A stretch of DNA of 64,000 bases from Alphaproteobacteria bacterium (GCA_965262615.1 OZ253545.1:864001-928000), one strand, 5' to 3'; positions 27,303 to 39,163 are shown, counted from the stretch's first letter. Numbers and translations: made by a program. The notes: generated by a model not told the origin, from the sequence alone.

Positions 27303-27616
27303 ATGGCAAAAAAGTCATCCAAAGGCAAAAAATCTATCGCTACCAAAAATGCAGATGTCACGCAGATAGATGCTGATGGCGGTGAAAGGCGGTTGATAGA
27401 ACGCCGTGGGGTGCACATATCCTGCACATATCCATTGTTTCACCTGATGAATTGAAAAAATATGAACAAGCGTTGCGAGGCACGGGCAAAGTTTTGGCTT
27501 GTGTTTCTTTTGTTATTGTTGTTGCAATGATAGGATTTTTATTTCCAGCGAACTATTCACCTTTTGCGATGGCATTGTCTTTTGGTTTGTTTTTGAACTT
27601 TTTGCATAAGAATTAG
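27303..27616 (+). pseudogene. DUF2335-like membrane protein gene frameshifted by an 11-bp tandem duplication
   Basis: TGCACATATCC x2 at 27412-27433 gives a stop at 27453-27455; removing one copy restores a 100-aa ORF with SPDELKKYEQALRGTG and two TM segments. Confidence 0.65.
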
Positions 27617-27662
27617 TGATTCTCTTGCGCGCGAGGGTCTTGCGGGTTATTCTTTTGTTTTT

Positions 27663-27749
<87 letters not shown>

Positions 27750-27765
27750 CATGAAGGATATCGCT

Positions 27766-28398
27766 ATGGCAAAACCGCCGCCCATCAAAGCCACATTTCA
27801 CGAGGAAGATGCCCCCAAGGAACTGCTCAAACAGCCTTCTGTTGCTGTGGATACCGAGACCATGGGGCTTAAAATCGGCAGGGATCGCCTGTGTCTTGTG
27901 CAGCTGTGTGGAACGGATGGAGCGTGTCATCTGGTGCGCTTTGCTTCTGATTCCAAGTATAAAGCACCGGTGCTGCGTCAATTGCTGGAGGATGACGCAA
28001 TTGTGAAGATTTTTCATTTTGCCCGTTTTGATGTGGCGATGCTGTATCATCATCTGCATGTGCGGGTGCATCCCATCTATTGCACCCGCACGGCTTCCAA
28101 AATCGCTCGCACATTCACCGACAAACATGGCTTGCGGGTGTTGTGTCGTGATTTGCTGCGCACGGATATATCCAAAGTGCAGCAGAGTTCCGACTGGGGC
28201 GCGCCGCACCTCAAAGACGCTCAACTTCATTATGCCGCCAGTGATGTGGTGCATCTGCACGCCTTGAAAGAAAAACTGGATGCCATGCTGGTCAGAGAGG
28301 GGCGTCAAGAAATTGCTCATAATTGCTTTGACTTTCTCATGACACGCGCTATTTTGGATGTGAAAGGATGGGAAGATGAAGATATTTTCGCTCACTAG
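27766..28398 (+). CDS. rnd: Ribonuclease D (short DEDDy exonuclease form)
   Basis: VAVDTETMGL, DRLCLVQL, KIFHFARFD, QQSSDWG and YAASDV motifs. Confidence 0.9.
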   Translation: MAKPPPIKATFHEEDAPKELLKQPSVAVDTETMGLKIGRDRLCLVQLCGTDGACHLVRFASDSKYKAPVLRQLLEDDAIVKIFHFARFDVAMLYHHLHVRVHPIYCTRTASKIARTFTDKHGLRVLCRDLLRTDISKVQQSSDWGAPHLKDAQLHYAASDVVHLHALKEKLDAMLVREGRQEIAHNCFDFLMTRAILDVKGWEDEDIFAH

Positions 28399-28714
28399 TG
28401 CCGCGATCGCGTGTCTGTTGTTGTGCACTGATGCTCGTGCATCGGATGACCCTCATGGGTGGGTGGAGGACTCCTTTCGTCATAACGGACAAGAGGATAT
28501 TTTTGTCAACCGTCATCCGTTGGGGTCTCTGGTGGAGAGTGCCGTTGGCTTGGCACTGCTGCCCTTGAGAACATGGCAACAATGGCAACACCGTCATCAT
28601 GATGGCTTTGAACAATTCAAACAACGCGACCCTGCTTCTTTGGATTGGCATCATCCTTTCTTTGAAAAGCAACGAGCTTTGCGTGAACGCGATGATGGCG
28701 AGAGCTTGCGTTGA
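28376..28714 (+). CDS. Hypothetical secreted protein
   Basis: Signal-peptide-like N-terminus ending ARA; fills the rnd-coxB gap; no recognised motif. Confidence 0.5.
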   Translation: MKIFSLTSAAIACLLLCTDARASDDPHGWVEDSFRHNGQEDIFVNRHPLGSLVESAVGLALLPLRTWQQWQHRHHDGFEQFKQRDPASLDWHHPFFEKQRALRERDDGESLR

Positions 28715-28752
28715 TGAGATAAACTTGCTACGGTTGCGACCGTTAAAGGAGG

Positions 28753-29616
28753 ATGCTGATGAAGGGGCATAGAATTTGTTTTGGCTCACTGGCAATGATT
28801 TTTGTCTGTGTGACGGCTTTTCTTTTTTCAATGGAGTCTGTGCTGGCGGCGCAGCCCACGGAGTGGCAGATGAATTTTCAGCCCGCCGCCACACCTGTGA
28901 TGGAAGATGTTGTCGGTTTGCATGAGGGTGTCCTCTGGCTGATTATTGCGATTTCACTCTTTGTTTTTGGATTGCTGGCGTATGTATTGTATGCGTTTCA
29001 TGAGTCACGCCATAAAAAGCCCTCTCAAGTTTCTCATAATGCCACCCTTGAGATTGCTTGGACTGCCATTCCCACTTTGATTTTGGTGGTGATGGCGGTG
29101 CCGTCTATCAAATTGCTCTATTATACTGATGTGGTGCCGTCGGCGGATCTCACCATCAAAGCCACAGGGTATCAGTGGTATTGGAACTACGAGTATCCCG
29201 ATCACGGCGAATTTGATTTTGATTCCCTCCCTTTGGACGATGATGAGCTGGGCCCCACTCAGCCGCGCTTGTTGGCGGTGGACAACCCCGTTGTTGTGCC
29301 TGTGGGACGGGTGGTGCGCCTGTTGGTTGCCGCCGACCCCGATGGTGTCATTCACAGCTGGGCGATGCCCGCCTTTGGTGTCAAAAAAGATGCCGTGCCT
29401 GGGCGGCTCAATGAGACATGGTTCAAGGTGGAAAAAGAGGGAACTTATTATGGTCAGTGTTCCGAATTGTGTGGTGCGAATCACGCCTATATGCCCATTG
29501 CCGTCAAGGTGGTCTCTGCGGAGGCATTTCAGGCATGGGTCACACGCGCCAGAGAAGAATTCGCCAGCAACAGTGAGAGAACACCCCAAGTGATCGCTCA
29601 CAACACCAATCAGTAA
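28753..29616 (+). CDS. coxB: Cytochrome c oxidase subunit II
   Basis: LEIAWTAIP, GYQWYWNYEY, VIHSW and CuA motif CSELCGANHAYM; start uncertain. Confidence 0.95.
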   Translation: MLMKGHRICFGSLAMIFVCVTAFLFSMESVLAAQPTEWQMNFQPAATPVMEDVVGLHEGVLWLIIAISLFVFGLLAYVLYAFHESRHKKPSQVSHNATLEIAWTAIPTLILVVMAVPSIKLLYYTDVVPSADLTIKATGYQWYWNYEYPDHGEFDFDSLPLDDDELGPTQPRLLAVDNPVVVPVGRVVRLLVAADPDGVIHSWAMPAFGVKKDAVPGRLNETWFKVEKEGTYYGQCSELCGANHAYMPIAVKVVSAEAFQAWVTRAREEFASNSERTPQVIAHNTNQ

Positions 29617-29622
29617 AAATAA

Positions 29623-32123
<2,501 letters not shown>

Positions 32124-32124
32124 C

Positions 32125-32271
32125 ATGAAAAAAGACAACGCAAAAAAATCATCACCCATCAATGTCAAGCAATGGCAGGACAATCAGTGGTCTCGCTCGC
32201 GCGCTTTGGGATTGTTTCTTGGGTTTTTGTCGCTTTTGTTTTATGGCATCACGGTGGTGAAGTTTGGTTGA
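32125..32271 (+). CDS. Small membrane protein between ctaB and ctaG (CoxF-like), absent from the ORF track
   Basis: 48 aa MKKDNAKKSSPINVKQWQDNQWSRSRALGLFLGFLSLLFYGITVVKFG; position and RS.AL....FY..T.VK pattern match the small ORF in alphaproteobacterial cox operons. Confidence 0.75.
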   Translation: MKKDNAKKSSPINVKQWQDNQWSRSRALGLFLGFLSLLFYGITVVKFG

Positions 32272-32275
32272 TATC

Positions 32276-32860
32276 ATGGCTGAAAATAAAAAAACGGCTC
32301 TGACACTTGCTTTTTTCACCCTGTGCATGGGGGGCGTGGCGTTTTACGCGCCCACCCTTTATGACGCATTTTGCCGCATCACCGGGTATGGCGGCACACC
32401 CATGATTGTGACGCAAGACAGTGTGCCTTCCCCATCACCACAGGCGCGCTCTTTTAATGTGCATTTTGAGGCGGACATCAGTGATGACCTCCATTGGCAA
32501 TTTGAACCAGCACAGGGCAGTGTCACATTGGATGCTGGGGAGGTGCTGGTGGTGCATTACAGAGCCCAAAACATGACAGACCACGACACCATCGGCACCG
32601 CCGTCTATAATGTGACTCCCCACAAAATCGCTCCCTATGTGGCAAAGGTGGATTGCTTTTGTTTTCAAGAACAGCCTCTCAAAGGCTCTGAGTCGGCAAT
32701 GATGCCCATCCGCTTTACCATTGACCCCGCTATTATGGATGATCCTTCCGTGCGGGATGTGACCGATGTCACTTTTTCCTACATTTTTTATCCGTCCGAC
32801 CAACAAGCCGTCATGAATCACGGTGAGGACGACACGATGAATCACGACAGCAACATGTAA
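32276..32860 (+). CDS. ctaG: Cytochrome c oxidase assembly protein CtaG/Cox11
   Basis: LYDAFCRITGYGGTP, YNVTP and KVDCFCF motifs. Confidence 0.93.
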   Translation: MAENKKTALTLAFFTLCMGGVAFYAPTLYDAFCRITGYGGTPMIVTQDSVPSPSPQARSFNVHFEADISDDLHWQFEPAQGSVTLDAGEVLVVHYRAQNMTDHDTIGTAVYNVTPHKIAPYVAKVDCFCFQEQPLKGSESAMMPIRFTIDPAIMDDPSVRDVTDVTFSYIFYPSDQQAVMNHGEDDTMNHDSNM

Positions 32861-32876
32861 TCAGAGGAGGTTGACG

Positions 32877-33704
32877 ATGGCTGGCAAACAAAATCATCCC
32901 TATCATCTTGTGACTCCAAGTCCTTGGCCCTTTTTGATGTCCCTGGCAGTGCTGGCTGCCGCCATGGGATTGATTTTAGCCATGCATGATGAAGATTTCC
33001 AATTGCTCTACGCAGGATTGTTCCTGATGGCGACCTTCTTCTATTTGTGGTGGCGAGATGTCATTCGTGAAGCCGAGGGAGGCAAGCATCATAATGGCGT
33101 TGTTCAGCTGGGATTGCGTTATGGCATGGTGCTGTTCATCGCCTCGGAAGTGATGTTCTTCGTGGCGTGGTTTTGGGCGTTCTTTGATGCGGCATTCTTT
33201 CCTGGCAACACCGACAGTGCGGAACTTGTCGGACGCACCGAAGTGCTCGGCGGACAGTGGCCCCCCGTCACCATGGAAGGCAAACTGTTTGACCCATTGT
33301 CCATCCCCTTTCTCAACACATTGGTTTTGGTCACTTCCGGTGGCACGGTCACATGGGCGCACCATGCTTTGCGGGAGAATAATCGCGGTGAATTCATCGG
33401 AGGACTTGTCGTCACCGTCATTCTGGGATTGATTTTTACCGCTTTGCAAGCGTATGAGTATCACGAAGCCATCTTTGCCTTTGATGAAGGCATTTATCCC
33501 TCCATCTTTTACATGGCGACAGGATTTCACGGATTTCATGTCATTGTGGGAACGCTTTTTCTCATCGTTTGTCTGATGCGTGGATTGCGAGGTCATTTCA
33601 AGCCCGACCATCATTTCGGATTTGAAGCCGCCGCGTGGTATTGGCATTTTGTGGATGTGGTGTGGCTGTTCTTGTTCATCTTCGTCTATTGGTGGGGCAG
33701 CTAA
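32877..33704 (+). CDS. ctaE: Cytochrome c oxidase subunit III
   Basis: HPYHLVTPSPWP, FIASEVMFF, ATGFHGFHV and AWYWHFVDVVW motifs; GAGGAGG RBS. Confidence 0.96.
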   Translation: MAGKQNHPYHLVTPSPWPFLMSLAVLAAAMGLILAMHDEDFQLLYAGLFLMATFFYLWWRDVIREAEGGKHHNGVVQLGLRYGMVLFIASEVMFFVAWFWAFFDAAFFPGNTDSAELVGRTEVLGGQWPPVTMEGKLFDPLSIPFLNTLVLVTSGGTVTWAHHALRENNRGEFIGGLVVTVILGLIFTALQAYEYHEAIFAFDEGIYPSIFYMATGFHGFHVIVGTLFLIVCLMRGLRGHFKPDHHFGFEAAAWYWHFVDVVWLFLFIFVYWWGS

Positions 33705-33708
33705 ATTG

Positions 33709-33783
33709 ATGCGGCTATGGCTCGGATCTTTTGTTGTCTCCATTCGCTTAATCCCCTGTGTTATTGTGATGGTGCGTGATTGA
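33709..33783 (+). pseudogene. Diverged duplicate of the surf1 5' end (24-codon mini-ORF)
   Basis: MRLWLGSFVVSIRLIPCVIVMVRD* vs surf1 MQRSLGSFVVTIRFVPCVCVMAAL; TGATG overlap with the surf1 start. Confidence 0.7.
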
Positions 33784-34490
33784 TGCAACGATCGCTTGGC
33801 TCTTTTGTTGTCACCATTCGCTTTGTTCCCTGTGTCTGTGTGATGGCGGCTCTCGCCGTTCTGTGCTCTTTGGGTGTGTGGCAGCTGGAGCGCGCTCAAT
33901 GGAAAAAGGAAATCATTGCTGAACGGAACAGCTATGCTCGGCTGCCGCCCGTGATGATTGATGGACGCGATGCCCAATTAGAAAACTATAGTCGTGCGCG
34001 CGTCATTGGCAGCTTTATTCCTAACGCTGAGATTCATCTGGCGCGTGGCGATCTTCATTCGGGTGCGGCGGGCTATCATGTGGTCGTTCCTTTTCGCTTG
34101 CAAGATGGCTCTGTTTTATTGGTCAATCGCGGCTTTATTCCGTTGGCGTGGCGGGAGCGAACTCGTCATTACGATGGCAAGACACAGACCATTGAAGGCA
34201 TCGTCCGCACCCAAACCAAAACGACATTTTTTACGCCTCGTAATGAGCCCCACAACAATTTCTGGTTTACCATTGATATTGATGCCATGCTGGGGCATCA
34301 CGGTCTTGCCGATGGCTTGAATTTTTATTTAGACGAGGCGCGCCGCCCATCATCGCAAGAGGGCGAGCCCATTGGCGGACAGACACCCATGACATTGCGG
34401 GATCATCATGTGTCCTATGCCATCACATGGTTTTCGTTGGCACTGGTGTTGCTGGTGTTATCGCTGATGGCGGCGGTGCGCCGTCATTGA
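33783..34490 (+). CDS. surf1: SURF1 family cytochrome oxidase assembly protein
   Basis: LGVWQLERAQWK, LLVNRGFIP and H.SYAITWFSL motifs. Confidence 0.92.
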   Translation: MQRSLGSFVVTIRFVPCVCVMAALAVLCSLGVWQLERAQWKKEIIAERNSYARLPPVMIDGRDAQLENYSRARVIGSFIPNAEIHLARGDLHSGAAGYHVVVPFRLQDGSVLLVNRGFIPLAWRERTRHYDGKTQTIEGIVRTQTKTTFFTPRNEPHNNFWFTIDIDAMLGHHGLADGLNFYLDEARRPSSQEGEPIGGQTPMTLRDHHVSYAITWFSLALVLLVLSLMAAVRRH

Positions 34491-35179
34491 GGGTGAAGGT
34501 GTTTATCAATGATTGCCTGAATCTGCTGACTCTCAGCGATGGCGGCACTGCGCGCTTTGTCACTGAGTTGTTTTTCAATGGCTTGGCGTAACTGCGCAAT
34601 TTGCTCTCTTTGTTTTTGCTGAAGACCGGTGTCATCAATGATGGACAGTAACGCCGCCGCCTGCACCCAATTGCGTTTGACCCCCTCACCCCTGAAAAAT
34701 AACAAGGCAAGATTGACCTGAGCTTTGCTGTGTCCCATGAGAGCCGCCTCCTTATAAAATTCGGCGGCGGCGGCTTTGTCTTGAATGGCACCGTTGCCAC
34801 CCTCAAGAGCTAACGCCACATGAAACAGTGCATCCTTATGACCCTGCTGTGATGCCGCCCGCCACCACGCCACCGCTTCATATTGATTCAGAGGAACGCC
34901 ATCGCCATGAGCATAGAGCAAGCCCAACCGATACTGTGCCTCTTTATGTCCTCGGTCTGCCGCCATCCGTAGCCAAAAAACCGCTTCTTGCTTGTGAGCA
35001 GGATGATTTTTGCCGCTTTTGCCGTAGAACAATCCCAAATCATAGGCTGCCGATGGTGACCCCTGATGCGCATGATTCTTCACTTCCATCAGACGCTCGT
35101 CCACGAGTGATGGCGGGTCGTCCCCATCACCTCCACACTGTGCCAGCAGAAGTGTGAAAAGCACAAGACCGTGACGCAT
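34484..35179 (-). CDS. Exported Sel1-repeat protein (possible lipoprotein)
   Basis: LLLAQC N-terminus; 4 repeats A.Y.LG..Y..G.GV.....EA..W.R.AA..GH. Confidence 0.88.
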   Translation of the reverse strand: MRHGLVLFTLLLAQCGGDGDDPPSLVDERLMEVKNHAHQGSPSAAYDLGLFYGKSGKNHPAHKQEAVFWLRMAADRGHKEAQYRLGLLYAHGDGVPLNQYEAVAWWRAASQQGHKDALFHVALALEGGNGAIQDKAAAAEFYKEAALMGHSKAQVNLALLFFRGEGVKRNWVQAAALLSIIDDTGLQQKQREQIAQLRQAIEKQLSDKARSAAIAESQQIQAIIDKHLHPQ

Positions 35180-37219
35180 TTACGATTGCTCCTTTGGGCT
35201 ATCAGTGGCTTGCGGGGTTTGTGATGGCGGCTGGCTTTGTGGCTTGGGTTGTGCTTGAGGCACATCCCATGCCACGATTTCAGCATCATCATGCCACCGC
35301 TCTATTCCATCGTCGGATGATGAATCGGCAGATTCTTGTGCTGTTTCAGATTTTTCGTCCTCTTCTTGAGGGGAATCTTCTTCGTCCCCTTCTTGAGAGG
35401 AATCCTCCAGAGCAGGGCTGGGCGTGTCAGCCTCGGAGGCGGTTTTGATGCCCTGCAGGAAAGACGCACGACATTTTTGCAAGAATTGATTCGCCGTCCC
35501 GTGAGGCAATTCCGATTCGTAAAATTGCAAAAAGGGCTCAATAATGTGATTCCATAAATCCTCAATGGGAGGCAACGCGCCTCCATCCTCGTCATAAAGA
35601 ACATGATCGGTCTCACCATAAAAGGCAATATAGTCACGCACAAAATCCACAACAGGCAATAAATAACTCTCGCCAATCTGACAGTTCACCCCCAGTTCCG
35701 CCTGGTCGGTGATGAGGTCATTGAGTGCCTGCATGCGATAGGCAAAGTGCGTGAACTCATGGGCATGGCGATTCCACGGTGGCAGAGAATTGTCATGGGT
35801 CATCTCCTTATGCCAGACCTCCGAGAGGCTTTGCACCAAGCGGGCGGGATCAAAGGCATACAAAAACCACAAAAACTGAGAATGCAGAAAAGGACGAAAG
35901 CGATCATTGGGAATCACAGACGGATTCATGGTGGCAATAAAATATAAATTATCAGGAATGGTAAAAGTCATTTGATCATCGCCACGCAGAGTGATGCTTT
36001 GCCGTCTGTCCCGCAGCAAAGACAAGACCTCACCGAACATCTCAATGGGATCCACGCGATGAAAATTATCCAAAATGATCACAAAAGGAATCTTGCGCAC
36101 ATTTTCAGGATTTTTCTCCTGTAAAAACAAACATGTTTTCAATAGAGTCCCCAAGCTCCTGATATTGGGATTATTGGGATCGCGAATAAAATATTCATAT
36201 CCAAAATTACGATGAAGTGGGACATGAACGATGCGATCCTCAATGATTTTTTTGATCTCTTGAATTTTGGTGAAATACCATTCGGGTTTGAATTTTTCAA
36301 TCAGGGCTTGACGGATGAGGCTTTCTGACACTTTGCGAGCGAATTTTCTTTTTCCCGCGCCGGTGGGTCCATAGATGATGATCTGTTTGCGGGAGCGTAA
36401 TTTATCACTGACGGAAAATCCAATATGCTCAGACGCGGTATCAAGCCAGAATTCACTGAGAGGACTTTTATAGAAGTCGGGTCGTTCCTTTGCAAAGAAT
36501 GGGCGGAAAAGTTGATAGACCGAGGATATGACATGAGACGCAGAAAGATTTTTTTGCTCTGGCAAGATTCCACGAAATGCGGAAGCGATTCCTTTTTGAT
36601 GGCGCGGAATGACGATGGCATCAAAGTGATCGGGGAAGAACAGGTGTGCCAGAATAGAGGGCATAAACGCGTTTTTGTCTTGCTGACTGAGGACTGCCAT
36701 TTCCAAAAGGCGCGGTGCTACGAAGATTTCTTCGCGGCGTTTTTGTTCGGTGGATACAATGGTGCTACATACTTGGATGAGGCTTTTCCATTCTCGCATC
36801 ATCATGGCTTTATATTCGCTTGAGGCATAGCCGCATCCTGTTTGAAAGGCTTTGAGGAATTGGTCCATTTCGTCATTTTGCGGCAGTCGAACATTTCCCC
36901 ACTGGGAGAGTTGGGTGAGGGTTTGTTTCTTGAAGTTGCTTTCCATATCCATAGGAAAGAGGGCGTAGATATAGAATATTTCACAGCCGAGGGCGGCGGC
37001 TTCCTCAGTGGCTTTTTGCATGTGATGTTGCAAAGCATCTTCAAGGGGTTTGTCTTTAGCGTCTTGTGTGGGGTCTATGATTTGTTCCTGCACGGCGGCA
37101 AGGTTTTTGCTGTTCCACAAGGGTTCTTTCCAGAAGAGTGAGCGACCATTGACAAGGGATTCACTCATCCAGTGCTGAATGACATCATAGATATACTCTT
37201 TATTAACAACTTCACTCAT
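35180..37219 (-). CDS. McrB-like AAA+ protein with degenerate GTPase motifs and an acidic tail
   Basis: IIIYGPTGAGKR, LHRNFGYEYFI, IILDNFHRVD...FGEVLSLL, FTIPDNLYFIATMN and QIGESY follow the McrB motif series. Confidence 0.75.
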   Translation of the reverse strand: MSEVVNKEYIYDVIQHWMSESLVNGRSLFWKEPLWNSKNLAAVQEQIIDPTQDAKDKPLEDALQHHMQKATEEAAALGCEIFYIYALFPMDMESNFKKQTLTQLSQWGNVRLPQNDEMDQFLKAFQTGCGYASSEYKAMMMREWKSLIQVCSTIVSTEQKRREEIFVAPRLLEMAVLSQQDKNAFMPSILAHLFFPDHFDAIVIPRHQKGIASAFRGILPEQKNLSASHVISSVYQLFRPFFAKERPDFYKSPLSEFWLDTASEHIGFSVSDKLRSRKQIIIYGPTGAGKRKFARKVSESLIRQALIEKFKPEWYFTKIQEIKKIIEDRIVHVPLHRNFGYEYFIRDPNNPNIRSLGTLLKTCLFLQEKNPENVRKIPFVIILDNFHRVDPIEMFGEVLSLLRDRRQSITLRGDDQMTFTIPDNLYFIATMNPSVIPNDRFRPFLHSQFLWFLYAFDPARLVQSLSEVWHKEMTHDNSLPPWNRHAHEFTHFAYRMQALNDLITDQAELGVNCQIGESYLLPVVDFVRDYIAFYGETDHVLYDEDGGALPPIEDLWNHIIEPFLQFYESELPHGTANQFLQKCRASFLQGIKTASEADTPSPALEDSSQEGDEEDSPQEEDEKSETAQESADSSSDDGIERWHDDAEIVAWDVPQAQPKPQSQPPSQTPQATDSPKEQS

Positions 37220-37244
37220 GGTGCATTGATTCGTTTGATGTGGG

Positions 37245-37318
37245 TAGCGGAGGAGGGAATTGAACCCCCGACCTAGAGATTATGATTCTCCCGCTCTAAC
37301 CAACTGAGCTACTCCGCC
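37245..37318 (-). tRNA. tRNA-Met(CAT), elongator type
   Basis: GGCGGAG/CTCCGCT acceptor, anticodon arm GGAGA-ATCATAA-TCTCT, GGTTCAA T-loop; CCA not encoded at the canonical position. Confidence 0.93.
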
Positions 37319-37354
37319 CGATGGGTCTAATATGAAAAGCACAAGGACATGATG

Positions 37355-38428
37355 TCAAGAGGCAGCATTGCTAATCCATCCGCCGCCGAGCAGTTGGTTC
37401 TGATGGTAGAAGACGCACGCCTGTCCTGCGGCGATGCCGTGACTGTGTTCACGAAGCGTGACTCGTGCGGTGTCATCATTGATTGTGGTGACTTGTGCGG
37501 GAGCGGGTTGTTGCGGGCTGCGCCATTGCACAAGGGAGGGCTCTGTGTGGGTGAGCCAATGGACATCATGCACCGTGATGGTTTGGCGAGCGAGGGCATC
37601 CTTAGATCCGACGGTGATCTCGTGGGTTTGGGGATTGATGGCGATGACATAGAGTTTGTCTTGGTCTGTGCGGTAGCGTCCGCCGATGTTGAGCCCGCGC
37701 CGTTGCCCCACCGTGAATTGCTCAATGCCCTGATGTTTCCCGAGCCATGTGCCATCCACATGGCGAATGTCGCCGCTTTGTCCCGCATCAGGATGCAGAC
37801 GGCGAATGACATCGGAATAATGCCCCTTGCTCACAAAGCACAGATCGCGACTCTCTGCCTTATGAGCGGTGGGCAATCGCAGCCGCCGCGCATGGGCGCG
37901 CACCTGTTGTTTGGTCATGTCTCCCAATGGAAAGAGCAAGGATGCCAATTGTTCTTGGGTGGTGGCAAAGAGGAAATAGCTTTGATCGCGCGTTTTGTCT
38001 GTGGCTCGGTGGAGTTGGTTGTCAACCATGCGGACATAGTGTCCTGTGACGAGGCGTTCGGCTCCGAGATTTTTGCCGATGGCGAGCAGGTCGCGAAATT
38101 TGACCGTCTGATTGCAACGCACGCACGGCACGGGCGTTTTGCCCTCCATGTAGTTTTGCACAAAGTCATCAATGACATTTTTGCGAAAATGCTCTTCAAA
38201 ATTGAGAACATAGTGGGGGATGGCGAGATGGTGGGCGACTTGTCTGGCATCATCAATGTCTGCGCCGGCGCAGCAGCTGCCGATTTTTGTGTGTTGCGTG
38301 GCGGGTGTGAGCTGCAGGGTGATGCCGATGACTTCGTGTCCTTGTTCCACCATCAGGGCGGCGGCGACCGAACTATCCACCCCGCCTGACATCGCAACCA
38401 CATAGCGTTTTTTATTTTTAGCTGGCAT
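37355..38428 (-). CDS. mnmA: tRNA-specific 2-thiouridylase
   Basis: AMSGGVDSS, TPVPCVRCN, TGHY, DQSYFL, ESRDLCF and FTVGQRRG motifs. Confidence 0.96.
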   Translation of the reverse strand: MPAKNKKRYVVAMSGGVDSSVAAALMVEQGHEVIGITLQLTPATQHTKIGSCCAGADIDDARQVAHHLAIPHYVLNFEEHFRKNVIDDFVQNYMEGKTPVPCVRCNQTVKFRDLLAIGKNLGAERLVTGHYVRMVDNQLHRATDKTRDQSYFLFATTQEQLASLLFPLGDMTKQQVRAHARRLRLPTAHKAESRDLCFVSKGHYSDVIRRLHPDAGQSGDIRHVDGTWLGKHQGIEQFTVGQRRGLNIGGRYRTDQDKLYVIAINPQTHEITVGSKDALARQTITVHDVHWLTHTEPSLVQWRSPQQPAPAQVTTINDDTARVTLREHSHGIAAGQACVFYHQNQLLGGGWISNAAS

Positions 38429-38497
38429 AATGGTCACCATAAAAAAGCAACACGCCAATGGCAAGGACTAATTGGCGTGAACTCGAATGGAAGGTGT

Positions 38498-38630
38498 GCT
38501 ATGAAGAAGTTTGTTTTATCCTCATTGATGAGCCTGTGGGCTATGAAGAGGTTTGTTTTATCCTCATTGATGAGTGTATGGGCTATGAAGAAGTTTGTTT
38601 TATCCTCATTGATGAGTGTGTGGGCTATGG
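38498..38630 (+). repeat. 3 x 42-bp tandem repeat encoding MKKFVLSSLMSxWA
   Basis: ATGs at 38501, 38543, 38585 and 38627, exactly 42 bp apart. Confidence 0.95.
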
Positions 38631-39163
38631 CGGTTTCGCCCGATGGGTTGGCGCAGGAGCGGCAGGATGTCTGGCAGATGACATTTGATTCCATTGATGG
38701 CGGTTCAATTCGGCTGGCGGACTACAAGGGCAAGGTGGTGATGGTGGTCAACACCGCCTCCAAGTGTGGTTTTACGCCGCAATACAAGGGGCTGCAAACT
38801 CTGTGGGATCGCTATCGCTACAAGGGGCTGGTGGTGATTGGCATTCCGTCCAATGACTTTGCCAATCAAGAACCCGATGATGAGGCGACCATCAAACAAA
38901 TGTGCGAGCTGCGCTATGGGGTGACTTTTCCTTTGAGTCGCAAGGAGGTGGTGACGGGCGGCTCTGCCCATCCGTTTTATCGCTGGGCGGCGGAAAATGT
39001 GGGACGCTTGGGCAAGCCCCACTGGAATTTTCACAAATACATCATTGCGCCCGATGGCAGGCTGGCGGCGTGGTTCACTGGCATCACCAAGCCCGATAGC
39101 GATGAAATGACGAGCACCATTGAGATGCTGCTGGATGAGGTGGAGATGGGTCGCAATGGCTGA
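38501..39163 (+). CDS. Glutathione peroxidase family protein (Cys type), exported
   Basis: VNTASKCGFT, PSNDFANQEP and WNFHKY motifs; triplicated signal-peptide N-terminus. Confidence 0.92.
   Translation: MKKFVLSSLMSLWAMKRFVLSSLMSVWAMKKFVLSSLMSVWAMAVSPDGLAQERQDVWQMTFDSIDGGSIRLADYKGKVVMVVNTASKCGFTPQYKGLQTLWDRYRYKGLVVIGIPSNDFANQEPDDEATIKQMCELRYGVTFPLSRKEVVTGGSAHPFYRWAAENVGRLGKPHWNFHKYIIAPDGRLAAWFTGITKPDSDEMTSTIEMLLDEVEMGRNG

Noticed and set aside
38501-39163. Selenocysteine-containing peroxidase
   Set aside because: The catalytic codon in NTASKCG is TGT (Cys), with no in-frame TGA.
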